IMG/VR virus record: IMGVR_UViG_3300043427_004567
Span: 1-57,783 of that record
DNA: 57,783 bases
From: a virus
Taxonomy: Duplodnaviria; Caudoviricetes
Reading direction: 5' to 3' (one strand)
In this document: piece by piece, positions 8,834-17,837 of the stretch
Position numbering within the stretch: position 1 is the first letter of the stretch
Layout: each line of letters starts with the position of its first letter
Made by a program: the position numbers and the translations under genes
Notes under the pieces: model-generated
Databases searched by the model: none
Told to the model about the DNA's origin: nothing
What the model saw: the letters and a program-made list of their open reading frames with translations, nothing else

Positions 8834-11533
8834 TTAGGCTGTAGCGATACCCATTACAACAATCTTACATGCAATAGCGGAGTTGAACACAACTGTGAGC
8901 TGTGTTGAGCTGTTGAATGTGATTGATTGTGGGATCACGACTTCGTCGCCAGCATCCACAACTGTTACGTTGCAATACTTCTGGCCAAGGCCATGGGTAA
9001 CAACGTGTGTTGTAGCTGAAGCGCCATCATAGAGATGGAACATCTTGGTTGTACCGAAGGTGTTGTCACCCTTAACTGCGAGGACTTCACCAACTGTAGC
9101 TGTTGAAGCTGTACCAACATCACCGAGGTCACCAAGCTTAACTTGACCCATGAGTGTTGAAGGAGCAACAACTGTCCAGGTGCTACCATCTTTCTGGAGG
9201 AGTGACTTATCAGCACCAGCATCAGCACCGTCAACGTTGGTAAGATCGTCGAGGGAAGCTGCGAGGCTGACAGCGCCAGAAGAAACAGAGAAGAAGTCGC
9301 TGCTGAAGCTTGCGACACCCTTAACTGTTGTTGAAGCATCAGCAACAGAAACTGTAGCTGTTGAGCCGGCTACTGCTGTGGAGATAGCGCCAGAACCCTT
9401 AACATCGAATGAACCACCAAGTGATGTGGCGGCTGAGCCGGTATCACCACCAAATGTCATTGAAGAGTTAGCAAGTTGAGCGTTATCGATACCAGCAGCT
9501 TTCACTGTAACCATACCATCAACAGCAACGGCGAAGTCATCGCTTGAGAACTTAGCGACACCGAGAGCTGCTGTTGTAGCTGTTGCTACTGTGATTACGG
9601 CTGTTGAACCTGTGACAGCAACGTCAACACCTTGAGCGGCAACACCGTCAAATGTGATTGTGCCGCCGAGTGACACTGAACCTGCTGTGCCTTGATCGCC
9701 AGCTAAGCTAACAGCGCTGTTAACAAGCTTAGCATTCTCAATTGAGCCGGCCAACATGGCGTTGGTGACACCGAGAGGAGCGATAGCAAGTTGTGCAGCT
9801 GATGATGTTGAAGCAGCTGAACCGTCAGTTGTCAGTAAGAGACCGCCAGCGGAGTAGAGGTCAAGACCGACTTCGTCAGTTGGGAGCTCTCTAACACCAG
9901 CACCAAGGTTGATGTCAAGAACGTTAGCGTTTTTAGACATACCAACGCCAGCGGTGATCTGACCAGCACCTGTGAACTGAACCCAGCTACCTGTACCTGG
10001 ATAGACATAACCAGTTTCTGTAGCACGATCAAACACGGCCCAACCGTCGACTGGAGCAACACCAGCATCCCATGTGTTAGCAGCTGTAGCAGTGTAGATC
10101 TTATAATCGGTTGTGTTCAAGAAACGGTCGCCTGTTGTAGCTGTTCCTGGCAGTGCGGCACCAACGCTATCAACTGGCTCTTTCCAGGAAAGACCTGAAG
10201 CAACTGAGTCAACATATGACTTGTTTGCAGCATCACCAGCACTTGTTGGAGCGGCCAAGCCTGTCACTTTCTGTGTACCACCGAATGAAAGATCACCGGT
10301 CATGGTATCGCCAGAAACGTTGACATATGTAGCATCAACGAGAGCTGTGATATCGCCTGTTGTAACGGCTGTTGAAGTTGTTACACGGCCATAGGCGTCA
10401 ACAGCAACTTTGCTGAATGCAGCTGAACCAGAGAATGGAACAACAGCGAGGTCAACAAGAATGTCACCAGCGTCTGTACCGGAACCGTTTGTAACAACAA
10501 CGCGATCGGCTGTACCAGCAACATCTTTACCGACCATGGTGCCATCAGCCTTACGGATCATGATGCCATCGTCAGATGTGTTGGCTAAGCTAACAAGTGT
10601 TGCGTCAAGTGACAGGGTGATGTTAGCGCTAACGCCTGTGCCTGAGCTAACAGCAATACCGTCAGAACCGACAACTTCGCGTGTTACAGCTGAACCGTCG
10701 CCTGTACGGACGATAATACCTGTTGTTGACAGACCTTCAAGAGCTGCGAGGTCATTTGCGAGGGCGATTGTTGGGTTACCAGCAACACCGTCAGCATTGG
10801 TGATTGACATGCCAGTTGGGACAACGATTTCACGTGAAGCAAATGTGTCAGCGCCTGTTTGAACGAGAATACCTGTTGATGTTTTATCAGCAAGGGCATC
10901 AAGACCAGCATCATACTTCTGCACGCCTGAATCTGAACCGATTGTGACATCTGTCCAGGTTGAACCGACTAACTTCATTAATGAACCGTCGGCGGCGCCT
11001 GTGAGATCAACATCACCGAGTTGGTCGAGTGAAACTTGACCAGCTAAACCAGCAACAGTAACATCTTCCCACTTACCTGATGTGCTGCTGTACTGGAGTA
11101 AGCCTTTGTCGGCAAGACCAGCAACATCAACGTCATCAAGCTCTGAGAGTTGGTTGTTTGAGTTTGAGTAGATAGCTAACTTGTTGATAGCATCGGTAAA
11201 GCTTGTTGGTGCGCCACCGAGGTCGCTGAATGTGCTGGTGAAACCACCTGCAACGAACGTACCTGTTGATGAAATGCCGGCGCCGAGTGATGTTTCGACA
11301 GCGTCGATTTCAGTCTGAACACCAGTAAGGATTGAAGCATTTGCAACTTTGATCCATGCTGAATCTGTTGAATAATAGAAGCCAGCACCTTCACCACCAG
11401 CACCTGTTTGGTAGATGAAGCGACCAGCTGCGCCTACGGCGAGACCATCAACTGTTGATGTTGTCTCAAGGAACGCGTTCTGAACGCGGCCTGTACCGTC
11501 GGCATTAAAAAGTAAATGACCATTAATTTTCAT
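8834..11533 (-). CDS. Large Gly/Ala/Thr/Ser-rich fibre or decoration protein with internal repeats
   Basis: ORF track gives 8834..11545; ATG 11533 has a GGAG SD; LxDLxDV-type repeats, ATTxxxGVAxFSSDxF repeats, an AANKSYVD motif and a C-terminal 'THVVTHGL' domain; codon usage resembles the major capsid gene. Confidence 0.85.
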   Translation of the reverse strand: MKINGHLLFNADGTGRVQNAFLETTSTVDGLAVGAAGRFIYQTGAGGEGAGFYYSTDSAWIKVANASILTGVQTEIDAVETSLGAGISSTGTFVAGGFTSTFSDLGGAPTSFTDAINKLAIYSNSNNQLSELDDVDVAGLADKGLLQYSSTSGKWEDVTVAGLAGQVSLDQLGDVDLTGAADGSLMKLVGSTWTDVTIGSDSGVQKYDAGLDALADKTSTGILVQTGADTFASREIVVPTGMSITNADGVAGNPTIALANDLAALEGLSTTGIIVRTGDGSAVTREVVGSDGIAVSSGTGVSANITLSLDATLVSLANTSDDGIMIRKADGTMVGKDVAGTADRVVVTNGSGTDAGDILVDLAVVPFSGSAAFSKVAVDAYGRVTTSTAVTTGDITALVDATYVNVSGDTMTGDLSFGGTQKVTGLAAPTSAGDAANKSYVDSVASGLSWKEPVDSVGAALPGTATTGDRFLNTTDYKIYTATAANTWDAGVAPVDGWAVFDRATETGYVYPGTGSWVQFTGAGQITAGVGMSKNANVLDINLGAGVRELPTDEVGLDLYSAGGLLLTTDGSAASTSSAAQLAIAPLGVTNAMLAGSIENAKLVNSAVSLAGDQGTAGSVSLGGTITFDGVAAQGVDVAVTGSTAVITVATATTAALGVAKFSSDDFAVAVDGMVTVKAAGIDNAQLANSSMTFGGDTGSAATSLGGSFDVKGSGAISTAVAGSTATVSVADASTTVKGVASFSSDFFSVSSGAVSLAASLDDLTNVDGADAGADKSLLQKDGSTWTVVAPSTLMGQVKLGDLGDVGTASTATVGEVLAVKGDNTFGTTKMFHLYDGASATTHVVTHGLGQKYCNVTVVDAGDEVVIPQSITFNSSTQLTVVFNSAIACKIVVMGIATA

Positions 11534-11732
11534 ACTTTTCTCCAATGGTTAATTAAAGATTTAATACAGTAAAATGCATTTTATGTATTATGGTATTATG
11601 CTGACACGATGATGCCGTGTCTTTATATCGTTAGATAACATCTAAAACATGTTGTTATCTAAAAACAAAAGATGAAAGAATTTTAGTCTCATCTAAAGAT
11701 TAAAGATTAAAAGTCATTTCGTCTTGCGTGTA

Positions 11733-11740
11733 TATTTATA
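11733..11740 (-). promoter_or_regulatory. Late promoter TATAAATA giving a leader of about 190 nt to the fibre gene
   Basis: TATTTATA on the + strand in the intergenic region. Confidence 0.7.
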
Positions 11741-11758
11741 AGTTGGGAAGGGATTTTA

Positions 11759-11992
11759 TTATATTTGGCGGCGTGTTGCAGTAGTTAAAGCTTTAATTGC
11801 TGAATTAAAGGCAACAGGCTCAACTGCCAAATTTCCTAAGTCATAGTCTTCAATAATTTTTTCGTCAACAGAATCAAACACGAAAGTGCCTTTATTTCCG
11901 TTCTTTTCTATTCTGTTTAAGTTAAAACCAAGAACTTTAAGAGTTGCGGCTAGCACGATATCTTGTGTATTTACAGTTCTAATTTTTGTCAT
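11759..11992 (-). CDS. Small DUF5659-like protein
   Basis: Pattern TQDIVLAATLKVLGFNLNRIEK...TFVF...LAVEP...AIKAL recalled as DUF5659-like; GAGGT SD. Confidence 0.65.
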   Translation of the reverse strand: MTKIRTVNTQDIVLAATLKVLGFNLNRIEKNGNKGTFVFDSVDEKIIEDYDLGNLAVEPVAFNSAIKALTTATRRQI

Positions 11993-12053
11993 TTCAGTAC
12001 CTCAGGACCTTTAAATTAAATTTCTTTGGTTTAAGATTCTTCTATTATTTACT

Positions 12054-12092
12054 TTTTTTCAATCTTTTTTCAATCTTTTTTCAATCTTTTTC
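12054..12092. repeat. Intergenic tandem repeat (TTTTTTCAATC) x about 3.5
   Basis: 11-bp units at 12054, 12065 and 12076 plus a partial fourth. Confidence 0.85.
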
Positions 12093-12129
12093 TACTTATA
12101 ATCAACTAAAAGTGTGTAACACACATGTA

Positions 12130-12729
12130 TTACCCGGTTGTTTCTACGAAAAACTGTAGACGATTCTGCAAGTTCATACCCAATTTCTTGATAATTGCTG
12201 TTGAGCTGCTTGCAGTACCAACAAATCTTGGCGTATTATAATTTTCACGCTGTTGGCGATAATATACTTTGCCAGTTGGATCTGTATAAGCAAAAATAAT
12301 ATCACTGCCGGCTTTGTTAAAATCACGCAAATCATCAACTGCTATTCTGCATGAGGTGGTACCAGTCACAGATAATAACTGATACGCTGCTGGACCGCTG
12401 TTGTAGAACCAAATATTTGATGCTTGGGCTGTTTGAAAAGCCACAATCGCCGAGCCATTTTGGTCAAAGGCGCCAGAACATGTAATAAGATTTGCGATCG
12501 TGCCAGTTGTAGGATAAGTAAAAGCCACAGTTGATGTATTGGTTTTGCGCATTTTAACTTTACCACCATCAATGAATGTTGTCCAATATTGATATTCACG
12601 TCCCTGCGATAGATCGCTGATATTGATCGGTCCAGAGCACACATGTGAAGTAGCAGAATATGCTTGATTCTCAGGCGGTTTGAAAGTTGATACTCGCGGT
12701 GTTGGAGTGATAGCGTTATTTGGAATCAT
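12130..12729 (-). CDS. Tail tip / receptor-binding module protein
   Basis: ORF track gives 12130..12792; likely start ATG 12729 (MIPNNAI, GGAG SD); motifs GPINISDLSQG, AFDQNG, DDLR...SDIIFAY and YYRQQRENY. Confidence 0.7.
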   Translation of the reverse strand: MIPNNAITPTPRVSTFKPPENQAYSATSHVCSGPINISDLSQGREYQYWTTFIDGGKVKMRKTNTSTVAFTYPTTGTIANLITCSGAFDQNGSAIVAFQTAQASNIWFYNSGPAAYQLLSVTGTTSCRIAVDDLRDFNKAGSDIIFAYTDPTGKVYYRQQRENYNTPRFVGTASSSTAIIKKLGMNLQNRLQFFVETTG

Positions 12730-12730
12730 T

Positions 12731-13651
12731 TTAATCTCTCCCCCACGTTTGGCGGAATGTAATTGAAAAACTATTAGTTGCTGTTTTTGCAATTGGATTA
12801 TTCAAAATAATTTGGTACTTACCTATTCCAGAATTTAGGTAAAATCCTTTGATACCACCGCCGACATTGCCATCTTGTGGTGCGACGACAAAATTTACGT
12901 CACGATAGTATGTGCCTGTTGAATACGTTAAGGGAATTGCTGATTGAACACCACCCCCGTTAAGTGGCACAAAAGTACCAGATGCAACCGTGGCGGTGAT
13001 ATTAGTTAGTGAGGCATCTGTTTGCAAACCATTTAGGAAACAAGCATTTCCGGCAGTATATGAATAACCTGCATTTCCGGCTGCCAATAATCTTGATGTG
13101 TAGGTAAGTGTACTGCCAAGAATTGTAACTGTGCCAGTAGTATCAATCAATGATGGAAAAATCTGCAATCGATAGAAAATAGTAAGTTCGTCTTCAGCGG
13201 CCACTGGGATAGAAGTTGGTGATCCAAACTCATCAGTGATAAGTGCGCGTGACACGAGCTGTCCAGGGTCTGGTACTAAACCAAATCCACCCACACCAAC
13301 TTCAGTAATATTGCCAACAGCTGAACCAACTGGAAATGTCGCGTTGAATGTCCAATTGCCAGAGTAATCACCGCTTGTGCCGTCGTTGAAATAACTTGAT
13401 GATAATTGATTGCCACTATTATCAGCCCGTGCTAAAAAATTTGCAAGTTGTGTGTCATTTGGCGTAACGGGTGTTGTGCCTGTACCAACTTCTATGAAGG
13501 TAAAAACATATCCATAACCAATGGAACCAGACGTGCCGAAGGCGTCAAGACCTTGGTTAAGAATCATATTCTCAAACCAAGGTGTCTCATTTACGTGGCC
13601 ATCTTTGTTCTTGACCGCGATCTTATAATATCCCTTCAGACGTCCTTGCAT
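12731..13651 (-). CDS. Tail fibre/structural protein, paralog A
   Basis: ETPWFENMILNQGLD, EVGTGTTP, GNITEVGVG, LVSRALI and LTIFYRL are shared with 13653..14546. Confidence 0.8.
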   Translation of the reverse strand: MQGRLKGYYKIAVKNKDGHVNETPWFENMILNQGLDAFGTSGSIGYGYVFTFIEVGTGTTPVTPNDTQLANFLARADNSGNQLSSSYFNDGTSGDYSGNWTFNATFPVGSAVGNITEVGVGGFGLVPDPGQLVSRALITDEFGSPTSIPVAAEDELTIFYRLQIFPSLIDTTGTVTILGSTLTYTSRLLAAGNAGYSYTAGNACFLNGLQTDASLTNITATVASGTFVPLNGGGVQSAIPLTYSTGTYYRDVNFVVAPQDGNVGGGIKGFYLNSGIGKYQIILNNPIAKTATNSFSITFRQTWGRD

Positions 13652-13652
13652 A

Positions 13653-14546
13653 TTATCCTCGTGCCCATGAAAGCTTCACATCAAGTGTAAGCGTTTGTAT
13701 ATTTGTTTTTGGAATCGCGGGGGAGAATGTCATTTGGTAACGATTTAAGCCACCGTAAAGTTGCAAACCGCCAATACCGCCAGCAGCATTCCACATAGAT
13801 GGACTAGCAGTAATTGTGCCAACCAACTCACTTGTACCGGCAACATAAGGAGTTACAGAAAATGCATAAGCATAAGAATCTAAGACTGTACCAGACATAT
13901 CATTATCAGTAATAGGCGCAATTGCTGCATCATTTTCGTATGAGATACAAACAAAATTGTATTGGGCACTATAGAATTGACATGCATAATTAGCCCGTAA
14001 CAATGCTGATTCATAATTATATGTGCTTGTGCCAATTGTGACTGTCCCTGTACTTGTTGCAGTATCAGGAGTGATTGTTAAACGATAATATACGGTCAAT
14101 TGATCCATTGATGTTACGGCAATTGAAACCGGATTTGAATATTGGTCAAGAATTAAGGCACGTGAAAATAGAATTGGTCCGTTAGCACCAATACCAACTT
14201 CTGTGATATTTCCAACTACAGCACCTTGTGCAAATGCAGCATAAATGGTATGTTTTCCTGCATAACTTTCACCCGAACCACCATTTTCATAAGAGCCATA
14301 AGATTCATTAGTTTCTGTGGCAATTGGTGTTTCAAGAGATGTTTGAGATACGTTTGGCGCAGATGTGCCTGTGCCAACTTGCATATATCCACCGTAAGCC
14401 CCGTCCAAAAATGTACTACCAACATTTTCACCAATCAAATCCAATCCTTGGTCAAGGATAAGATTAGGAATCCAATCTGTTTCTTTAGTTGTGCCATCAG
14501 GAGACTTTACGACGAATTTGTACTCTCCTTTCAAAAAATTTTTCAT
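13653..14546 (-). CDS. Tail fibre/structural protein, paralog B
   Basis: ETDWIPNLILDQGLD, QVGTGTSAP, GNITEVGIG, LFSRALI and LTVYYRL; C-terminal SWARG compares with TWGRD in paralog A. Confidence 0.8.
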   Translation of the reverse strand: MKNFLKGEYKFVVKSPDGTTKETDWIPNLILDQGLDLIGENVGSTFLDGAYGGYMQVGTGTSAPNVSQTSLETPIATETNESYGSYENGGSGESYAGKHTIYAAFAQGAVVGNITEVGIGANGPILFSRALILDQYSNPVSIAVTSMDQLTVYYRLTITPDTATSTGTVTIGTSTYNYESALLRANYACQFYSAQYNFVCISYENDAAIAPITDNDMSGTVLDSYAYAFSVTPYVAGTSELVGTITASPSMWNAAGGIGGLQLYGGLNRYQMTFSPAIPKTNIQTLTLDVKLSWARG

Positions 14547-14962
14547 GTTAAATCTCCAGAAATAGGAATAGCGTTGTTGAAGTCTAGTAGTTCTATATCG
14601 CCCTGATTATAAGTGATATATGCGATAGTAGTTTCTAATGTGCCCGTTGTTGGTTCTGCATTGTTAAAACTGATAAGCTCTTCAGTACCTGTATACGAAA
14701 TGTATGAAATACTAGTTTCTAATGTGCCAGTTGTGGGTTCTGCATTATTGAATGTCATCAACTCTTCTGTTCCCGTGTATGACAAATATGTAATACTAGT
14801 TTCTAATGTGCCAGTTGTTGGTTCTGCATTGCTAAAACTGATATTGTCAGTCATTGTTGGTAAAAGAAATGATGACACTATCGGCGGATTTTGAACTGTT
14901 AGATTATCAGTTTCTGCCAATGGATATAGTGCTGAAGTAAAATACGAACTAGTTAAAAAAAA
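14543..14962 (-). CDS. 28-aa tandem-repeat structural domain; probably translated as the -1 frameshift extension of 14953..15402
   Basis: The TTG start at 14920 lacks an SD; the frame is open upstream through the T9 run (FFLTSSYFTSALYPLAETDNL); the product contains repeated FNNAEPTTGTLET units. Confidence 0.7.
   Translation of the reverse strand, partial: FFLTSSYFTSALYPLAETDNLTVQNPPIVSSFLLPTMTDNISFSNAEPTTGTLETSITYLSYTGTEELMTFNNAEPTTGTLETSISYISYTGTEELISFNNAEPTTGTLETTIAYITYNQGDIELLDFNNAIPISGDLT
14590..14845 (-). repeat. Three 84-bp in-frame tandem repeats plus a degenerate fourth
   Basis: GTTTCTAATGTGCC(A/C)GTTGT(T/G)GGTTCTGCATT occurs at about 14631, 14715 and 14799. Confidence 0.9.
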
Positions 14963-15402
14963 ACAGCCGGTGGAGGTGGTTCAGGCGTCGTTGAAGGGAA
15001 TAATATAAGAACTGCGCGACCATCTTGAGCACCAGCAAATGAAATTTGCACAGTATCTACGTCAACAACTGTTACTTTATCTGGAAAAATAATTGCGCCT
15101 TCTACGTCATAAACAGTTACTTGTACATTTCGCGTGTTTTGCAGATGTGCTATTGTCCAAACTGCCTCAGCAATTGGTTTTTCATATGCAAAGCCTTTAC
15201 AATTGCTAATTGAAAGAACTGATAGGCCAGTTATAACACCACCAGATTTACCTAGAACTTCGCCTTCTGCAATATCAACGAATTCTAATTGACGCGGACC
15301 AGGGCCGCGGCGGACTGGTATTGTTTCTTGAGATGGATTTGTTGTTACGTACGGCCGGCGAGGAAGTTCTTGCTGGACAAAATTTTCGAATTCGGCAGCC
15401 AT
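14953..15402 (-). CDS. Virion protein with a C-terminal 'WxIxHxL' domain and a Pro-rich linker ending at a slippery T9 run
   Basis: VWTIAHLQNTRNVQVTVYD...IFPDKV...ISFAGAQDGRAVL followed by PSTTPEPPPPAVFF*. Confidence 0.85.
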   Translation of the reverse strand: MAAEFENFVQQELPRRPYVTTNPSQETIPVRRGPGPRQLEFVDIAEGEVLGKSGGVITGLSVLSISNCKGFAYEKPIAEAVWTIAHLQNTRNVQVTVYDVEGAIIFPDKVTVVDVDTVQISFAGAQDGRAVLILFPSTTPEPPPPAVFF

Positions 15403-17747
15403 TATTCGGTCTCCTCTATTTCAACAACTAGCGAGCCAGTTGTATTTGCCCCGGCAAAATCGGCGTCTGACAAGAATAAATTGTTGCCAGTTGAGTTAAA
15501 AACACCAACTGAATTAACTATTGTGAATCCGCCAAACACATTTGCTGTACTTGTTTGATACGCCAGAAGTTGAGTGATGCCTGCGTACCTAACTTGTACC
15601 TTTGAAACATCCAAGACGTTTGCGCCAATAGGTTGATAGCGAGAAAAAGCTGGATATGTAATTTGTCGCAAGGCAAAACCACCAATCGTGAATGATTGGC
15701 CTGAGGTTATCACAGTTCCACTAATGATTGCTTCATTTAACATCATGTCAATTGTGAATGTCTGAACGCCGCGAGGATCAGAATCTCTGATTGTTAGAGT
15801 TGATGTCCAAACTTTGCCGCTACCCGTAAAACTAGACAATATTCCAGCAGAAACTGTAACAAGCGGCGCTGACGCCAGATTCTCAGAAGCAGTTAATGTG
15901 ACAGTGTAAGAAATTCCGCTGGCCGAGCTGCGTAACCGGGTCGGAGAACCCAAAATCGAAATTGCAGCTGTTGGCGCAGTATTCGCAATCTTAACTAGCG
16001 CGTTTGCGATTGATTGTGTGCCGTTGCTTATCTTGTTTGCAGTAATTGTGTAATTATTTCCAGAATCAACATACGTTCCACCAACACAAGTTACATTTTT
16101 TGTTACAGCATATGACGTGGGACCGGCAACGCTTATTTCTGTTCCAGCAGTGTAAGAAACTGTTGCAAAGTCAAAAATTTCAGCAGTTACTGTGGCAGTT
16201 GTGTCAACTTTTAAAGCACCAGTTCCAACTGGATACGCCACGGTGATTGGCCCAAATGTTGGTGCTAACTGATCAAGGAGTACAGCATTTGAAGATTCAA
16301 AAAATGAGCTAGTTGAACCGAATGAAGACGTCGCAAAGGCGCGAACTTTAAGCGAGCCAGTGCCAGAACCAACAACGAATGTTCCAGTGAAAGATCTTAA
16401 CCCAGAACCACCCGATTCAGTTGCGCCAAGAGTCACAGAAGAAGAATTGCCTGCAGCACCATAATTTGTCAAGAGCGTAACACCTGCAGCAGCATTTTGA
16501 ACAGCGCCAGTGACGCTAAGAACGTCTCCAGCCTTAACGGCTGTTTGCAGACCAGGATAACTGCCAATTGAGAGTGAAGAGATTGTTGGCACTGGTGGAG
16601 CAGCAAGAACATCAACATATGTAATTGCTCCAGTTGACGCTGTCAATCTAACATTCGCCGGCGTGACAACTGCTATAGATGCAGTGCCCAGGAAAAAGCG
16701 TTTATCAGTGGGATGTTCAGTTAAAGTTGCCATAACTGGAATTGAGCCAACCTGACCTACTTCAACGGTTGGTGAATAAAATGCTGAACCACCCTCGGCC
16801 ACAAAGCTTACTGTTACCACTGACACATCTGAGGTTGCAGTCGTCAACACTGCATTTGCTGGAATTGTGCCTACTGCATATTGTTTCTGAGAAACTAAAC
16901 CAGTCGCGGTCGGTGAAACGTTTGTCACAAATAAACCGGCGCCTGACTGACTAATCGTGGCAAGCTTTAAATCAAGCGCATCAATAACCGATTGAACATC
17001 TGTTGCCGCAGGCGCAAAAGACGGTGTTGGCATCACACTGACTTCTTTTGCACCGTGCTTGGTACTTGTGCTGGCTAAAAGGTGAGTTGTCAGAGTTGCG
17101 GCAAGAGAAGTTACTTGTGTTTGCAATGAGGAAACATCAACACCATCCACGGTGCCATTTATGTCAATATTTCCATTTACGTAAATATGACCTGTTGCAA
17201 GGTCAGTGATAAGTGTAGTACCATCACTTGTTATTTTGAATACTTCAGGACTTGAATATCCAGGCCTAATTGAGACTAAATCAACAGTACCAGTGGTAAA
17301 ATCTGGTCTAATAATCAAGGCGCTTTGAGATGGTAGCGCTGGACTTATTAACCAATGATCTGCGTCTTGAACAGTTGATGTGATAATTGTAGAAGTTCCA
17401 AAAACTTCAAGATCGCCAGTGATGGTAACTCGGCCAGTTTCTGAATCTATCTTAAAATATAAGTTTGACTCGTCATTGTCGTAAATGACAAAATCTTTGC
17501 CAGTACTTAATTTGATGGATGCGTTATTATTAGAATCTAAACTTAAATCATACGCAGATTGCAGCGTGATAGAAGTGCCAGTGCCGGCCGAGGAAGAACC
17601 ATCGTCAAACAAAAGTCCCTTGCCATTTAAAGTAAACCCTAGGCCAGGTGGCGAAACAATTGAACCGATGTGTATTTGACTATCTTCTGGCGCCGATTGT
17701 AGGCGACCGTCAGAATTTACAAAAATAGGCTTAACGATAATGGGCAT
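15402..17747 (-). CDS. Large Ser/Thr/Gly-rich structural protein with tandem Ig-like domains
   Basis: 781 aa; boundaries such as LDQLAPT and IANTAPTAAISI and the motif SENLASAP resemble bacterial Ig-like repeats. Confidence 0.75.
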   Translation of the reverse strand: MPIIVKPIFVNSDGRLQSAPEDSQIHIGSIVSPPGLGFTLNGKGLLFDDGSSSAGTGTSITLQSAYDLSLDSNNNASIKLSTGKDFVIYDNDESNLYFKIDSETGRVTITGDLEVFGTSTIITSTVQDADHWLISPALPSQSALIIRPDFTTGTVDLVSIRPGYSSPEVFKITSDGTTLITDLATGHIYVNGNIDINGTVDGVDVSSLQTQVTSLAATLTTHLLASTSTKHGAKEVSVMPTPSFAPAATDVQSVIDALDLKLATISQSGAGLFVTNVSPTATGLVSQKQYAVGTIPANAVLTTATSDVSVVTVSFVAEGGSAFYSPTVEVGQVGSIPVMATLTEHPTDKRFFLGTASIAVVTPANVRLTASTGAITYVDVLAAPPVPTISSLSIGSYPGLQTAVKAGDVLSVTGAVQNAAAGVTLLTNYGAAGNSSSVTLGATESGGSGLRSFTGTFVVGSGTGSLKVRAFATSSFGSTSSFFESSNAVLLDQLAPTFGPITVAYPVGTGALKVDTTATVTAEIFDFATVSYTAGTEISVAGPTSYAVTKNVTCVGGTYVDSGNNYTITANKISNGTQSIANALVKIANTAPTAAISILGSPTRLRSSASGISYTVTLTASENLASAPLVTVSAGILSSFTGSGKVWTSTLTIRDSDPRGVQTFTIDMMLNEAIISGTVITSGQSFTIGGFALRQITYPAFSRYQPIGANVLDVSKVQVRYAGITQLLAYQTSTANVFGGFTIVNSVGVFNSTGNNLFLSDADFAGANTTGSLVVEIEETE

Positions 17748-17837
17748 TTTCTACAATATCTCTTATGAAGTATTTTATTAAAACTATATTATAAGACTCT
17801 TGCTTAAGCTAAGTGCCTAAGCAAAAATCAATGTATC

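Noticed and set aside
8965-11403. Many alternative-frame and antisense ORFs within the fibre gene (and similar ones in the 3006-aa, gp6, tape-measure, portal and capsid genes)
   Set aside because: They are shadow ORFs arising from codon bias of the real gene and have no SD or recognisable motifs.
14590-14845. Regularly spaced repeats of about 35 bp resembling a CRISPR array
   Set aside because: The period is 84 bp (28 codons), the 'spacers' are homologous, differences are mostly synonymous or conservative, and no cas genes are present; it is a protein tandem repeat.
17800-17826. Imperfect hairpin TTGCTTAAG...CCTAAGCAA as a terminator
   Set aside because: No U-tract follows it on the coding (minus) strand; it may be a processing or stability hairpin but is not supportable as a terminator.
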